Counted from the first letter of the stretch, positions 12,686 through 25,897 are shown. The stretch is DNA of 64,000 bases from Leucoraja ocellata (GCA_036785375.1 JAWMAR010000321.1:992001-1056000); one strand, 5' to 3'. Numbers and translations: made by a program. Notes: generated from the letters alone by a model not told the origin.

Positions 12686-12985
12686 GTACGAGGTAATTCA
12701 AGAGCTCTGCCGAGTTTAAAAAAATCAAACACGTGGTAAGCACGTAAAATGCACGTCGGAGCTCGGGACGTCTCTTGGCGACTCGTAACACAAACGGCAG
12801 GTACTCGGGGAAACGCGGTAAGCTCGTGAGGACTCGTGAAGATTTTTCAACTTGTGCAACTTGTTGAAAAAATGCGCACGAGAGCCCCGAGTGCCTACGA
12901 GCCGCTATTACCGTAATTCTCCGAGTTCGAATCGGGGGAAACTCGGGAGAACTCTTGAATTAGCTTGTTCAGTGGGACAGCCCCA
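12686..12985. mobile_element. Harbinger-type MITE, left terminus truncated
   Basis: Right end ...agtgggacagcccca|TAA resembles the MITEs at 25346 and 32969; subterminal inverted match taattcaagag / ctcttgaatta; CpG-rich. Confidence 0.7.
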
Positions 12986-13026
12986 TAAGGATGAATCTGG
13001 CAATCAGACAAGGGGTTAAGAGGGGA

Positions 13027-13070
13027 AGGAGAGAATAAGCCCTGCTTAAGGAGAGAATAAGCCCTGCTTA
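13027..13070. repeat. 22-bp tandem duplication
   Basis: aggagagaataagccctgctta x2. Confidence 0.9.
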
Positions 13071-14215
13071 TTCCAGTAAAAATGCTGGAAGACAATCTGA
13101 CTGTCAATATCTGGCTCATCTGGCTCAACAACCATCTGGCTCAGCTGGCTGTTGCAGTTAAGGCCCTCTGCAAATGTCTCTCATGTTCAAAAAACGAATC
13201 TGCTATTTAAAATAAGTTATGCATGTGGAACAAAACTCAAGTGATTCCAAAAATTTAAATTGCTTAAGGCAACATAATTCTTCATGGCTGTCCCTATCGA
13301 AGCTATTCCTGCACAAAATCCAACTTTCTTAAGTTTGTTCAGGCAGATTTGCCAGCAAATTTCAAGCTTTTTTTCTGGACAAAGGGACAGCTTTCAGGAA
13401 GTTTGTGATTTCCATATCTATGCAGTCATGCACAGAAATTCCCGACTGCTGGCATTTGGAATAATACTGGTGCTTCTTTGCAATATCCAATCTGTCATGC
13501 ACAGATTTTCTATTTAACACTGAATTTAAACTGATATTGCAAAGAGGTATTTTGTGATTGTTTTGCAGATTTGTTGCATTAAAATTGCACTTTATAGTAT
13601 TGAAGCTTCTCAATATGCATCCTACGTGAATGGGTTGAATGCTATTTTCTGTGCAGCAACTATTCACAAGCAGCAGTGTGGTTAGTTATGTTGTATTAGT
13701 AAGCAGAGTCTGGAATTTTAATTCATATTAAAAAATCTCTCTATTACTCACAAACCTTTTATGTTTAGCTTAAAATTACTCATTCACATTTTTAAAAAGT
13801 ATTGCCAATTGACCTTTCGTTACATTGCACACTGGGTGTTCTGAGTGTGTAGCAAGAAAAGCTAGGTGCTGAACTTCCAATTTAATCCATATTGGTCCTG
13901 AGATTAAATAAAGACAAATTCAGGCGGACAGTGTCTATTTTGGATGGTGCATGGGCTGAGGTCAAGTTATCGCTAGTAAAGCAGGAAATCTCCAGATTTC
14001 TTTTGTTTTTACTATTACTATATACGTTTAAAAGACTGCTCAATTATGATTTTATTATTTTTATTTATAATGTTTTGAGTGTTGTGGCTGGACAATGACA
14101 TATGTTCCAAAAAAATTGATTACATTTGAAATAAACGTAATTAATGTAATAGAATAACATCAATACAATGGTAGTGCAGATCCAGCTGATTATCATCACA
14201 TTCTACAGTTTACAC

Positions 14216-15006
14216 CAGTGGTTCTCAAATGGGGGTACGCGTACCCCTGGGGGTACGTGAAGGCACTCCAGGGGGTACGTGAGATTTTAAAATATAGGCC
14301 TACATATATTTAAAAAGTAGCATCCATGCAAAAATCCTTTAAAAATAATTATTTAATAAATGTTTCAGGAAAATATAAGTATAAGTTCATAAAATGAATT
14401 TTATATTCAGTAAGCTATTCAATTTCATTATCCTAAAAACCCAGAGTCTCCCCCATTCCAGGATGGTTCGACCCAACCTGTCATATGCCACCCGGCATCA
14501 CCTGTCAATCACAACTCCAACGATGGAGTCGTGGTTGAAGCGTAGCAGCAATTCTTTTGAAAACACGGAGGACAAGTGGCAAAGTGGCAATTTTTTAGTT
14601 ATATCTTTTTATTTCCAAATAGTTCAAGAGAGACCACTACAAATGAGCAGTGTTTTGCACAGTTATGGAGTTTTAAATGGTTCATTTTATAGTTTTAAAT
14701 GGTTATATGGTCACTGTTTTCACTACATTAGTTTGAATCACTACATTTTAGTGATGAGAACTATTTGCAATAAATTTAGTCATGGATTATTAACATTTAA
14801 AATGTTCGAAATAGTTTTTTTTCAAATGTTTGAATTTTGTATGTGTTTATCAGTTCCAAAGTTTAATAAATCAGACACTGATGGCACAGTGCTCTGTTTT
14901 AAGTCTTTTTTTTTCAACCAAAAATGCTTTGCGCTGGTTAGGGGGTACTTGGCTGAAAAAATATTTCACAGGGGGCACATCACTGAAAAAAGGTTGAGAA
15001 CCACTG
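14216..15006 (+). mobile_element. hAT (Charlie-like) internally deleted DNA transposon
   Basis: TIR CAGTGGTTCTCAA/TTGAGAACCACTG; exact 8-bp TSD GTTTACAC (14208-14215, 15007-15014); MESWLKR at ~14523 resembles a Charlie transposase start. Confidence 0.92.
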
Positions 15007-16552
15007 GTTTACACGATAGATAGATAGATCCAATTTGTTAACTTCTATAACTTTTTGTGACCGCTCGGGGTTCAGAATATTGCACAGGAGCTTCTGCCAA
15101 CCTTTTAGGACATAATTCCATATAATCTTCCCCTGACAACTCAGCAGGTGGCCTTTTTAAGTCCTTTCAGCAGAATGCTGACCAGGCTGCTCATGTAAAA
15201 AGGAAATAAACTTGTCCAAACTGGATATAAGATAATACAAATCTTTCGTTACTTTCACAAATCTATTTTATTTTCACACTTCTAACATACTTCTATTTCA
15301 GTCTTTGACAGTGTTTCCCCTTCCAGCAGAAGGCTTCAATTTATGACAGTAGATTCGATCTTAAAACACCACTGCTATTGTGCATGTCAGTATTTAAATA
15401 TTTGCCAAGCCATTAAACACAATATATGCACTAACTATTGGCTCTGCATTCATAATAATGCATCTGGTATTCAGTTGGAGAAATACAATAGTAAATCAGG
15501 ACACGAGTGACACTTTCAGTTTCTATATGTCAGGCAGACTGAGTAATCTGTATTTTATATCTTCTCACCATCCCATGGGGCTAACTTTTCATAGACCTGG
15601 ATGTGCAGATGAAGTAAATGCTACTCCAGCCTGTCAGACTAAATGAAGCAGTCACAAAACTCTGCAATCATCTTCATCTGTCTGGACTTAAAACATCAAG
15701 CGCTGACAATCTTTGTACGAGTCCGAAAGAACCATATGTTTTCTATTGTAAGTTTTGCAGTTGTTTCTAGTAAATGACAATGCAATAAAACATTAAATCA
15801 TCCCTGTTACTATACCTGCAAAATAAGTCATTACCAGCCTATAAATAGATTTACTGTCAGCTCCTCATAGTACAAGGAAATCAAATGGTCATTCAACTCA
15901 ACAAGCTTCATCTGCAAGTTAGTAACAACAATACCTCCATCTCTCAATTCCCTGCCGTTGCTGAATACATTTTTCTCCCCCAGACAACTATTTAGCTGCA
16001 AGGGCCTGGATGCATCATCATAAAAAACATGTTGCATGCTAAATCCACAGAGGCTGAGCTCAGGTGATTACAGGATACAACGGGGCTATGATTTAACCTC
16101 ATATACATAATCAAGGTCAGTAACTGTATCTTCAAATGCTACGGTTCACAACTTCCCCGATGCAGCATAACACACCAAAGAATAATCTCATTCACTCAGG
16201 CTCCCTTTCACACATCATAGGTCTCGCTGTACAGTTAACAATACTCTAGACCGCACACCCACAGTCAGTTAATCAACCATGACATGCACAATCCACATTT
16301 AAGCACATCATTCTTCTTGTAGAGTAAATGGATGGCAGAACCTTGGTGGACGATTGGGGGGCAAGTTTAGCAGCAGGCTCTCATTGACCAGCAGAAGAAA
16401 ATGTTGACCATAATTGCTGACAATGATAGAGTCCATAATAACTGGCAGGACAGGAATCTAAAACTGCAGACATGAAATAAATCCATATTATTACAAAATC
16501 GTAAAGCATGCAATGACCTGAATGGATCTTCAGATACATGGCTATATACATG

Positions 16553-17105
16553 GAACATAGAACAGTATAACACAGTAAAAGGGCCCTTCGGCCCACAATA
16601 TCTGTGCCGAACATGATGTCAAATTAAATATCACATCTGCCTGTACATGATCCATATCCCACTATTCCCTGCATTTCCATGCGTCTATCTAAAAGCCTCT
16701 TAAACATCACTATCATATCTGCCTCCACCACCACCCCAGGCAATGCATTCCACACCCCCATCACGCTCTGTAAAAAAAATCTTGCCCCACACATCTCCAT
16801 TAAACTTTCCCTCTCTCATCTTCTAGCTACGCCCTCTAGTGTTGGACATTTGATAATTTGATATACTTGTATCAAGTCTCCTCTCAACCTCTGACATTCC
16901 AAGGAAAGCAACCCAAGTCTGTACAGCCTCTCTCTGTAGCTGAAACCCTTTAACACAGGCAGCATTCTGGTATACCTTCTCTGCACCCTCTCCAAAGCCT
17001 CCACATCTCTCCTGTAATGGGGCAACCAGAACGGCATGCAGTACTCCAAATGCGACATAACCAAAGTCCTCTAAATCTGCATCATGACTTCCTGACTCTT
17101 ATACT
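16553..17105 (-). mobile_element. CR1 LINE 3' fragment
   Basis: SHLEYCMPFWLPHYRRDVEALERVQRRYTRMLP..RLRGDLIQVY. Confidence 0.9.
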
Positions 17106-17374
17106 CTTATGCCTTTATACCCTTGGCAATTAAGCACTGCAAGATAATTTAAACCCTAAATGGTATCATTTAACTGCTGGAATTCTCCACCAAATTACTG
17201 ACCTTTTCCTCACCCTCTCCACATTCTCTGCATTTTTAAAATTCTTTCTTTCTATCTTTTCCCACTCCTAATGGTTGTCAATTTTGGTTTCCCTTCAATG
17301 ATGTTGCCTGATCTATTGAGAAATTCCACCATTTTATGTTTTCTACTTCAGATGTTACTTTGGTGTGATACTGG

Positions 17375-17550
17375 TGAAGTGCTGCATCATCGGAGGTGCC
17401 ACTTCGTGAGATAAAGTATTAAACCATATCACCTTCCAGACTGAACTAGGTCTGAAGAAGGGTCTCTCCAGAGATGCTGCTTGTCCCGCTGAGTTACTCC
17501 AGCATTTTCTGTGTTCTCCTTCCAGACTGCCCCTTCTGGTGGATGTATGT
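17375..17550 (+). mobile_element. DeuSINE relic interrupted by a short PLE-derived insert
   Basis: gtgctgcatcatcggaggtgcc..ttaaacc..ctgcccc..ggtggatgt resembles the Deu core. Confidence 0.5.
17444..17517 (+). mobile_element. Short hammerhead-headed PLE-derived insert (internally deleted)
   Basis: 12-bp TSD ccttccagactg (17432-17443, 17518-17529); starts aactaggtctgaagaagggtctc. Confidence 0.85.
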
Positions 17551-17717
17551 ATGTACTCCCTACTTACCCATTGGTCTTGGCCGAAATGTATTCTTCAACA
17601 GACTTACTGGACATTCATCTATGTTGTTAATGGAGCCTTCCTTTCTACAACCAAGTTTCCATGTTAAATTAATCTGAAAAGCTGAATGCATTTTGGAATA
17701 AACTGCATCAATGAAGA

Positions 17718-18330
17718 ACTAGGTGGTGCCGACGATGGTTGCCTTGCCAACTGTCTGTCTCGTCTCTTTCTTTCTTTGTTGTTTTTAGTTTGTTGTAAAA
17801 TGTATGTTTTAGTGTAATTTTAGTTTTGTATTATGTGGGGGTTGGTGGGGGAAACTTTCTTTTAATCTCTTTCCTCGATGGAGATGCGACTTTCTTTCAT
17901 GTCGTTCTCCATTCGCACTATGGCCTAACATCGTGGAGCTGGCGGCTTCTTGCGGGAGACCGACTTTGGGATCTCCAACCGCAGGAGCCTGCGGACTTTA
18001 ACATCGTGGAGCTCGCGGTCCCTTGGTTAGGGACCGACTTCGGGTGCTCCAAACCGCAGAAGCTTCGACCGCCCCAGTCGCGGGAGCTTTGATCGCCCCG
18101 TCTGCAGATGGTTCGACTACCCCAACCGCGGGAGAAAAAAGAGGAAAAAAGATAAGACGTTATTGCCTTCCATCACAGTGAGGAATGGGGTGGAACCGCT
18201 GTGGTGGATGTTTATGTCAAATTTGATGTAGTTGTGTATCTTGTGGCTTTTTTGTTATGACTGTATGGCAAATCAATTTTCCTCGTATGTTGCAAAACAT
18301 ACTTGGCTAATAAACTACAATTGTGATTAA
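17718..18330 (+). mobile_element. Non-autonomous Rex-tailed short element (non-tRNA head)
   Basis: Collinear similarity with 54367-55040 (ggtggtgccg.., ctcga.ggagatgcgacttt, cgttatt.ccttcca.cacagtga). Confidence 0.75.
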
Positions 18331-19349
18331 CTATACAGGATCATTATTTTTAGATAGTTCCTTTTATAATACACTCTGCTAAAAATGTAGGAATTTTATA
18401 CATTACCTGATTGCTGCCCTCCTCCTCCCCCTCAAACACATCTACCCCCCCCCCCCCCCCCCCCCCCATGCCCGACTGCAACCTTAAGTATTTTAATCCG
18501 GATTTACATCATCTCTTTTTTTTTTCTTACATTATTATTGGTATCTGGCATCGCTGGCCTTCAGTCACAGTTACTGAAATCACCTGGATATTATTTTTAC
18601 AATTCAAGTATATGAATTACACAAGTCTATATAATTGTGTACAGGCAATGCTTATGATATGTATGTCATTGAATTGTATAACTCGTATAAACCTTAATTT
18701 AAAATGTCACTCTCGATTATATTGGGATCCACATGGCAATATCATACTGCAAGTCTCAGGTTGTGCATAAGCCTATGGAAAATCATGCAATACTTGCTCT
18801 TTAAAAACCCCAGCCTATAATTACAATACTTTGCTTCCAGAGGTTAATAATGTGCATTTGAAATTCACAATATCTTTTTGTCTGATAAATGGAACACTTT
18901 TGTTTGATCTTGACACTTTTCCACCAGTGTTTTCAGCACAGTATTTGTAAATAAAAATTAAATGGCAATTAAACAAAAAATAAAAATATAGTTTTGGAAA
19001 TATTCATCTGTGGAAAGAGAAATAGAGGTCAGTGAACCTTGTTCCATCTTTTTGGAAACTGTATTGGAATAAGGTTTATCTAACTGATTTCATTTTTATT
19101 GTTCTGGTTAATCCTATTTGGCAGATAATCCTTCCTGCAACTCAATTTCATTTCTGGAGTTTCCCTCTGGAAGTTACATTTGTCATAGAATGTCAAGAGG
19201 TGAACATTTTACTATTAGGCACAAATAAGAATATATCACATGAGAGGTGGCTGCTAATGTTTGCCTTGGCAGTACTGGATGCCAGGAATGTTAATGTGTT
19301 CCTTGACAATTACAACTTTTAAGACACTTGGACAGATGCATGAATAGGA

Positions 19350-19605
19350 ATGGGGGAGGGAGAGGGGTGGGGTAAGTGGGAGAGAAGTGGAAGAGTGGGG
19401 AGGGGTAGGGGGAGAGGTGGAAGAGGGGTGGAGGGAGAGAGGGAAGGGGGTGGGGTAGAGAAGGAAGGGGGTGGGGGAGAGAGGGATGGGGGTGGGGGGA
19501 GGAGAGGGAGAGGGGTAGGGAAATGGAGAGGGGGAGGAGAGAGGGGTGGGGGAGGGGTGGAGAGAGGGGAGGGGGAGAGAGGTTTGGTGGAGGGGGAGAT
19601 GGGGT
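19350..19605 (+). repeat. G/A-rich low-complexity tract with G-quadruplex/H-DNA potential
   Basis: ~255 bp of almost pure G/A with many GGG+ runs and essentially no C. Confidence 0.9.
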
Positions 19606-19662
19606 ACCACCATGAGGTACCACCTCCAGTTTAAATTCCATTTGGAATATTTTGGAGGACCA

Positions 19663-20022
19663 AGAGTCAAGAGTCAAGAGTCAAGAGTCAATTTATTTGT
19701 CATTTGGACCCCTAGAGGTCCAAACGAAATGCCGTTTCTGCAGCCATACATTACACACAAATAGACCCAGACACAACATAATTACAATTTTACATAAACA
19801 TCCATCACATAGCTGTGATGGAAGGCCAAAAAAAACTTATCTCTCCACTGCACTCTCCCCCCCCCCCCCGATGTCAGAGTCAAAGTCAAAGCCCCCGGCT
19901 GGCGATGGCGATTGTCCCGCGGCCATTGAAGCCACGCCGGGTGGTGCGAGGTCGCACACCGGGTCTTGGTGTTGGAGCCCCCGGTGTGCGCTCGTAAAGT
20001 CCCGCAGCCGTTCCAGCCGCGT
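19663..20022 (-). mobile_element. Non-autonomous Rex-tailed element, 5'-truncated
   Basis: Near-identical to 53487-53840; (tcaagag)n tail; hairpin ttggaccc..ggtccaa. Confidence 0.85.
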
Positions 20023-20039
20023 GGGCCAAGAACCAAGGA

Positions 20040-20155
20040 ATGATTAGAGGGATATGGACCAAATGCAGGCAAATAGGACTAGTTTAGATGGAGTATCTTG
20101 GTCAGCATTGACGAGTTGGTTTGAAGGGCCTGTTTCTATGTTGTATGACTATGAC
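20040..20155 (+). mobile_element. CR1 3' tail
   Basis: gagggatatggaccaaatgcaggcaaa..gaagggcctgtttctatgttgtatgact. Confidence 0.8.
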
Positions 20156-20454
20156 CATCAGTGATTTGGGCTGCAGCTATTGTGAGGTTGTGACAGCTGA
20201 GAAAATGTAACCACCCCAAACTCAGAAATGTGGTTGAGCTGCACACTTCACTATTGAATCTGGAACACAGCCAGGTGAGGATATAATTATAAAGATGTAC
20301 TACAGTACCTTGGAAAGAAATAGTAATTGGTAATAAAATAGCAAATGAAGAGTAATGAAGATGGAATGTGATTTATTATTTTGAGGGCTACTTTGGAGAA
20401 TGGAAAAGGATTGATAAGAATGGTAGCATGCTTATTAGGTACTGACCTATACCT

Positions 20455-21198
20455 ATATAACCATATAACAATTACAGCACGGAAACAGGCCATCTGGGCC
20501 CTTCTAGTCCGTGCCGAACACTTATTCTCCCCTAGTCCCATCTACCTGCACTCAGACCATAACCCTCCATTCCTTTCCCGTCCATATACCTATCAAATTT
20601 ATTTTTAAATGATAAAATCGAACCTGCCTCCACCACTTCCACTGCAAGCTCATTCCACACTCTTTGAGTAAAGAAGTCCCCCCTCATGTTACCCCTAAAC
20701 CTCTGTCCCTTAATTCTCAAATCATGTCCTCTTGTTTGAATCTTCCCTACTCTCAATGGAAAAAGCTTATCCACGTCAACTCTGTCTATCCCTCTCATCA
20801 TTTTAAAGACCTCTATCAAGTACCCCCCCTTAACCTTCTGCGCTCCAAAGAATAAAGACCTAACTTGTTCAACCTTTCTCTGTAACTTAGTTGCTGAAGC
20901 CCAGGCAACATTCTAGTAAATCTCCTCTGTACTCTCTCTATTTTGTTGACATCTTTCCTACAATTTGGCGACCAAAATTGTACACCATACTCCAGAATTG
21001 GCCTCACCAATGCCTTGTACAATTTTAACATTACATCCCAACTTCTATACTCAATGCTCTGATTTATAAAGGCCAGCACACCAAAAGCTTTCTTTACCAC
21101 CCTATCTACATGAGATTCCAACTTCAGGGAACTATGCACAGTTATTCCTAGATCCCTCTGTTGAACTGCATTCCTCAATTCGCTACCATTTACCATTT
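20455..21198 (-). mobile_element. Young CR1 LINE 3' fragment
   Basis: ORFs 20816-21196 and 20532-20819 (QRDLGITVHSSLK..LVRPILEYGVQFWSP); near-identical to 51543-52000. Confidence 0.93.
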
Positions 21199-21670
21199 AC
21201 CTCTCTGGCCTTGCCCTCTTTCACTGCTATCATTGGGTAGAAGGTACAGGAGCTTGAGAAGCGTGACCAGAAGGCTCAAAAACAACTTGGATTTTAGATT
21301 TAGAATTGCACAGCACAGGTGTAAGCCCTTTCCCCCCACAATGTTGTTACAAACAACGTCAGGTTAAACTAATCTCCGCCTGCACATGATCCATCTCCTC
21401 CATTCACTGTTTCTTTCCAGCAACAATCGGGCTCTTGGACACTACATAACACTAACCAAAACCCTACTTCACCAACTATGATCTAATATGGTCTTTGTTT
21501 TGATGGCAATGTGTGCTTATGGTTTTGCACCGGTACCTTAGCGTTGCTGATTATTAATTTACTGTATTACTGATTATTGTATTTTATTTTGTGTAAAGTT
21601 ACAGCAAGTAAGAATGTAATTGTTCCTTTGCCGGTACACATGAAAATTAAACACTCTTGACTTTTGACTC
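21199..21670 (+). mobile_element. Rex1/Babar 3' fragment split by a minus-strand CR1 tail (~21288-21410)
   Basis: LLSLGRRYRSLRSVTRRLKN; resumes ttctttccagcaacaatcgggctcttg; tail ctcttgacttttgactct. Confidence 0.75.
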
Positions 21671-22190
21671 TTTCTTACCACATCTCGCCTCCAACAAATT
21701 TCATGTGGGGGTCGAGAGAGTGAGAGTGAGAATCTTCAGATCTAACGAGCAGACATGCGGGACATCACACCCCTCTAACTAACTCCCTTTTTGCCCAATT
21801 CATGCCTTTAATTTGACACATTTGGAGGGATCATTGATTCTTTGCATTTCTAATTCTTTACCCATTTACAAAGTCAAATGTCTTATGATTTTGAATGATA
21901 CTGATGTTTTAGAGGTAGCGAGACATATATCATCAAAATAATAATACTGAGTCTCCAGTTTAGGGTGATAAAACCTAAATGTAAACATAGGCCACTCGTC
22001 TTTGGAAACATCTAGAGTTAAAGAGAGAATTGGTTATCAATGAAGGCATGTACAGTTCGACCTGAATTTTAGAATGCAGAAAAGTTCATGTGTTGGAGTG
22101 CAGATTTGAATGAGAAAAATTGAGAGGATTGATGAGCAGAACCACGGTGCTATTCAACATTTGCAGGGTGATCTTGGCATATTGAGAAGA

Positions 22191-22352
22191 CTTTAGTTTA
22201 GTTTAGAGATACAGCGTGGAAACAGGCCCTTTGGCCCACCGAGTCCGCGCCGACAGCAATCCCCACACATTAACACAATCCTACACATACTAGGAACAAT
22301 TTTACACATACACCAAGCCAATTAACCAACATACCTGTATGTCTTTGGTGTG
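22191..22352 (-). mobile_element. HE1-like V-SINE, 3' half
   Basis: tttagtttagtttagagatacagcgtggaaacaggccc... Confidence 0.85.
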
Positions 22353-23398
22353 TCAATGAAAAGTATCAATAAGGTAAAATATTAAAAAATATAAACTAAC
22401 CATTTATCTTATTGTTCAATGAAAGAATTTGAAGACTTAAGTTATGTGTGGTTGAGAGGAGGAAAACAGGTTATTTTCGACATGTAGAGGAGTCAAAAGG
22501 GTATCATGAGGCTATGTTAAAAATGATTTTTATCTGAAATAGTTACAGTATTTCAATATGCATTCTCAATGTGTGTGCTATTTCATTGCCGACTGAGAGT
22601 CGGATAGCTCATGAAAATTTGTTCAGAATAGCCACTGTGAAAAGACAGGCCTATTCTCAGGTCTACTGTTCTTCCAAAAGCAAGTGAATGAAGGATAGTA
22701 TACTCCTGGGAAGGTTTTTAGGCACGATGCAGAAAGTAGATTGGCTTCACGACTTTGCTCTTATCTCCCAGACATTCCTTACTACAAACCAAATTGGATC
22801 ACTGAGCCAGAGAACTACAGCTCTGCGGCTGTTTGTCATTGTCAAACGTGCTCGCCCGGCACTCTTCTCCAGTTTGCATTAGAATTAAACTGTCGAGCTT
22901 CATTGTTGTTGAGATTTTCCATTAAAACCGCAAGGAGCTCATAATTATTCTGGGAGAAAGACCAAGCTGAGTTTGCAGTGTTCTGTCCTCCTTTGGCTTT
23001 GCTAATGAGATTATCAGCGTCATTTGTTTTGGAAGAGTAATTATCGAGTGCGATAGCCTTGCCAGACAAAGAGTTCATTTTATTTGTTTCACTTTGTAGA
23101 GTAAATTAGTGTGAAGGATTCAATTAAAACCATAAAATGTAGCAACAGTCGGTTGAATAATTTTTCACTCAAACAACAATGCAAATTATTATATCACAAA
23201 AACCTGAGCTTACATGGTGCCGAAAGAAGCTCATTCATTATGAGTTAGTGAATTTATTGTTAAAATTAATTTCAAATGGGATTTTATAGTTATTGAAAAC
23301 TGTCTCTGACTCTCAGAGGCATTCGGAAACAATTCAGAGTTAAATTAAAAATATCTTCAAGTACTAGAAATTAAATAAATTAAAAGTACAGCAAAATA

Positions 23399-24042
23399 CA
23401 GTAAACCTTCAATAACGGACCATGGGGGGGGGATGGAGTCCGTTATTTCCGATTATCTGGTATAACCGAGTAAGATATTATCATTGTATGTAGTTGAAAC
23501 AGAACTGCAGATAGTGGTTAATACAACAAAGGACACAATGTGCTGGAGTAACTCAGCGGGTCATCTCTGTGGAAGAAGGATAGATGACATCAGGATCGTC
23601 TTCAGACTGATTCAGACGGCTGAGTTACTCCAGCACTTTGTGTTGTTTCACATTAAAACTAGGCGCCGATGCCGCTGGTCTGCACCAGCGAGCCCATCTT
23701 CACCGATTGCCGTGGCTGTTGTTGCGGCTCACATTATAGCCCTTGGCCGTCAGCTCTTTCTTCCGGCCGCTGCACCAACAGGACACACTCGGTCACCATG
23801 GGGCTCCCTCCCCTCTCACCTGCTGTCAATAACAAGGTGGAGTATGTCAACGACTCCAGGTGAGGAAGGGGAGGAGGCAGTGGAGGAGGGGGGGGGGGGT
23901 AGGGTGCGGAGAGGGAAGAGGCCGAGTGGACAGAGTGACGGGAGGATGAGGTGGCGGCGAGCGAGCAGGAGGTGAATCAGTAGGTCCGTCCATTATATCC
24001 AAAATCAGTTGTAAAGGGGTCTGTTAAAACAATGGTTTACTG
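23399..24042. mobile_element. Tc1/mariner (Tigger/pogo-like) MITE containing a PLE fragment (~23487-23652)
   Basis: TA|CAGTAAACC...GGTTTACTG|TA termini. Confidence 0.8.
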
Positions 24043-25345
24043 TATTAAAAAACTAATCATTTAACATCTTGCCCTTTCAATCAAGATGTGTGACCCTAGT
24101 CAATTGAATCATCGGTTCAGTTCTGTGTTTTGTCATGTGTACCGTGGTACATTGCAAAGCTTTTGTTGCGTGCTGACAAGACTGCATTATGGGTTTATTC
24201 AGCACAGAAACTGGACCATTAGGTCCATGCCTACCATTGAGTACATAAGTAATGACGCTGTTTACCAACAGAGTCTGTGGCTTGGTGTGCATTGATGATA
24301 CACGTATCATTCAAATACTTCTTACAGTCCCTGCTTTCACCACCCAATCAAGCAGTGCATCCCTATAAATGACAGCCATTGCTGGAAGGAACACACAGCT
24401 AGATCACAAGGTTCCCAGAAGTACTGATATTCACAGAGAGCACTCAAGCCTATGTAGATCTATCCCTGGCAATTTCATCCGATCATTATCACTTCATTTA
24501 CTAGATGGGTTTCTCCATTTATATTTCTCACTTCTGACCAATGATCCATTTCACTCTTCTGGTACTTATTATCATTACATTTTATGATGGAACCTGCTGA
24601 AATGTCCTAGGAGTGCAGTAACTGGGATCTCTTCTATAAGAAATTTGTTTGGCAGAGTTGCATGGCTCTCTGCACGCAATTAAGGAAGACATGAATCTGA
24701 CCCGTAAAAATATAAAAGCTAATTCTGCCATTCCAAACAGCACCAATTCGGACCAGTGAGGTGGGAAGTCTCACTGGAGATGGATGTGGGGTATTTTACA
24801 CTGAGCAGGTGAACTGGGCACCAGAAATAACAGCAAAAGGGTACATGAAATTCTTGCACCGAGAGGTTGATAATTAATAATGACTGAGGCTAACACACTC
24901 AAAGTCATGAACAACATTGCCACATTAACATGATTTTCATTTGTGTAGCACCAGTTCTTTGGGGCCACATTGGGCACGGCAGTATCTTGAGGCCAATTAC
25001 TGGGTTCGAAGACATTTGCACCGTTTTGATGTAGCTGATTCTACTGCATTCAGTATATTCAGGGATTTGCTGATGTTACCATTTCTCCAAAGTACAAAAG
25101 GGAGAAAATGCTCTCTTGAATTTGTTTCCAATCTAATAGTGGTGACATTGGTCTGTTGAACCACGATTCACAGCTAATACTGCAGTCAACATCCTTAGCT
25201 CCAAGTATGTTCCTCGACTGTCGTAACACGTTTATTATTCTATAATGATTTGTTTCCTTATATGAATGCTGTCCTTTTCTCTTGAACAACAATGGGAAGG
25301 AACAAAGGATTGTGAGGTTCCACAAAACACTGGTGTTTGGGGTAA

Positions 25346-25580
25346 TGCCTCTGTCCCACTTAGGAAACCTGAACGGAAACCTCTGGAGACTTTGAGTCCC
25401 ACCCAAGGTTTCCATGCGGTTCCCGGAGGTTGCAGGTGGTTGTCGGAGGTTGCAGGTAGTGGAAGCAGGTAGGGAGACTGACAAAAACCTCCGGCAACCT
25501 CCGGGAACCGCATGGAAACCTTGGGTGGGGCGTAAAGTCTCCAGAGATTTCCATTCAATTTCCTAAGTGGGACAGGGGCA
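25346..25580. mobile_element. Harbinger-type hairpin MITE
   Basis: TAA TSD (25343-25345, 25581-25583); ~90 bp near-perfect TIRs starting tgcctctgtcccacttaggaaa. Confidence 0.92.
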
Positions 25581-25749
25581 TAAGGCAGTGACATGTGCAT
25601 ATCTAGAACAATTCATATCTGGTACCTTTTTATATTTTCATACTTGGTTGCAATAAAATTGGTCTGAGGTGAAAGGGTTTGTTTTAAGGTTACACAAAAA
25701 AGCTGGAGAAACTCAGCGGGTGCAGCAGCATCTATGGAGCGAAGGAAAT

Positions 25750-25786
25750 AGGCAACGTTTTGGGCCGAAACCCTTCTTCAGACTGA
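25750..25786 (-). ncRNA. Minimal hammerhead ribozyme motif in pLTR (G12 mutated)
   Basis: Minus strand reads CTGAAGA A GGGT TTCG GCCC aAAAC GTT. Confidence 0.6.
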
Positions 25787-25897
25787 TCGGGGGCGGGGGT
25801 GGGTGGGGACAAGAAAGGGAAAAGGAGGAGTAGCCAGAAGGCTGGGGGATGGGAGGAGACAGCAGGGGGGCTGAGGAAGGGGAGGAGACAGCAAGGA

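Noticed and set aside
14394-15023. 209-aa ORF as an intact transposase
   Set aside because: Only a short start-like remnant is transposase-like; no catalytic hAT motifs and far too short
16828-16845. CTCF-like cgccctctagtg
   Set aside because: Inside a CR1 fragment and lacks the terminal GG of the core
22688-23078. Short ORFs as host exons
   Set aside because: No recognisable protein similarity or convincing donor site; better explained as a non-coding element
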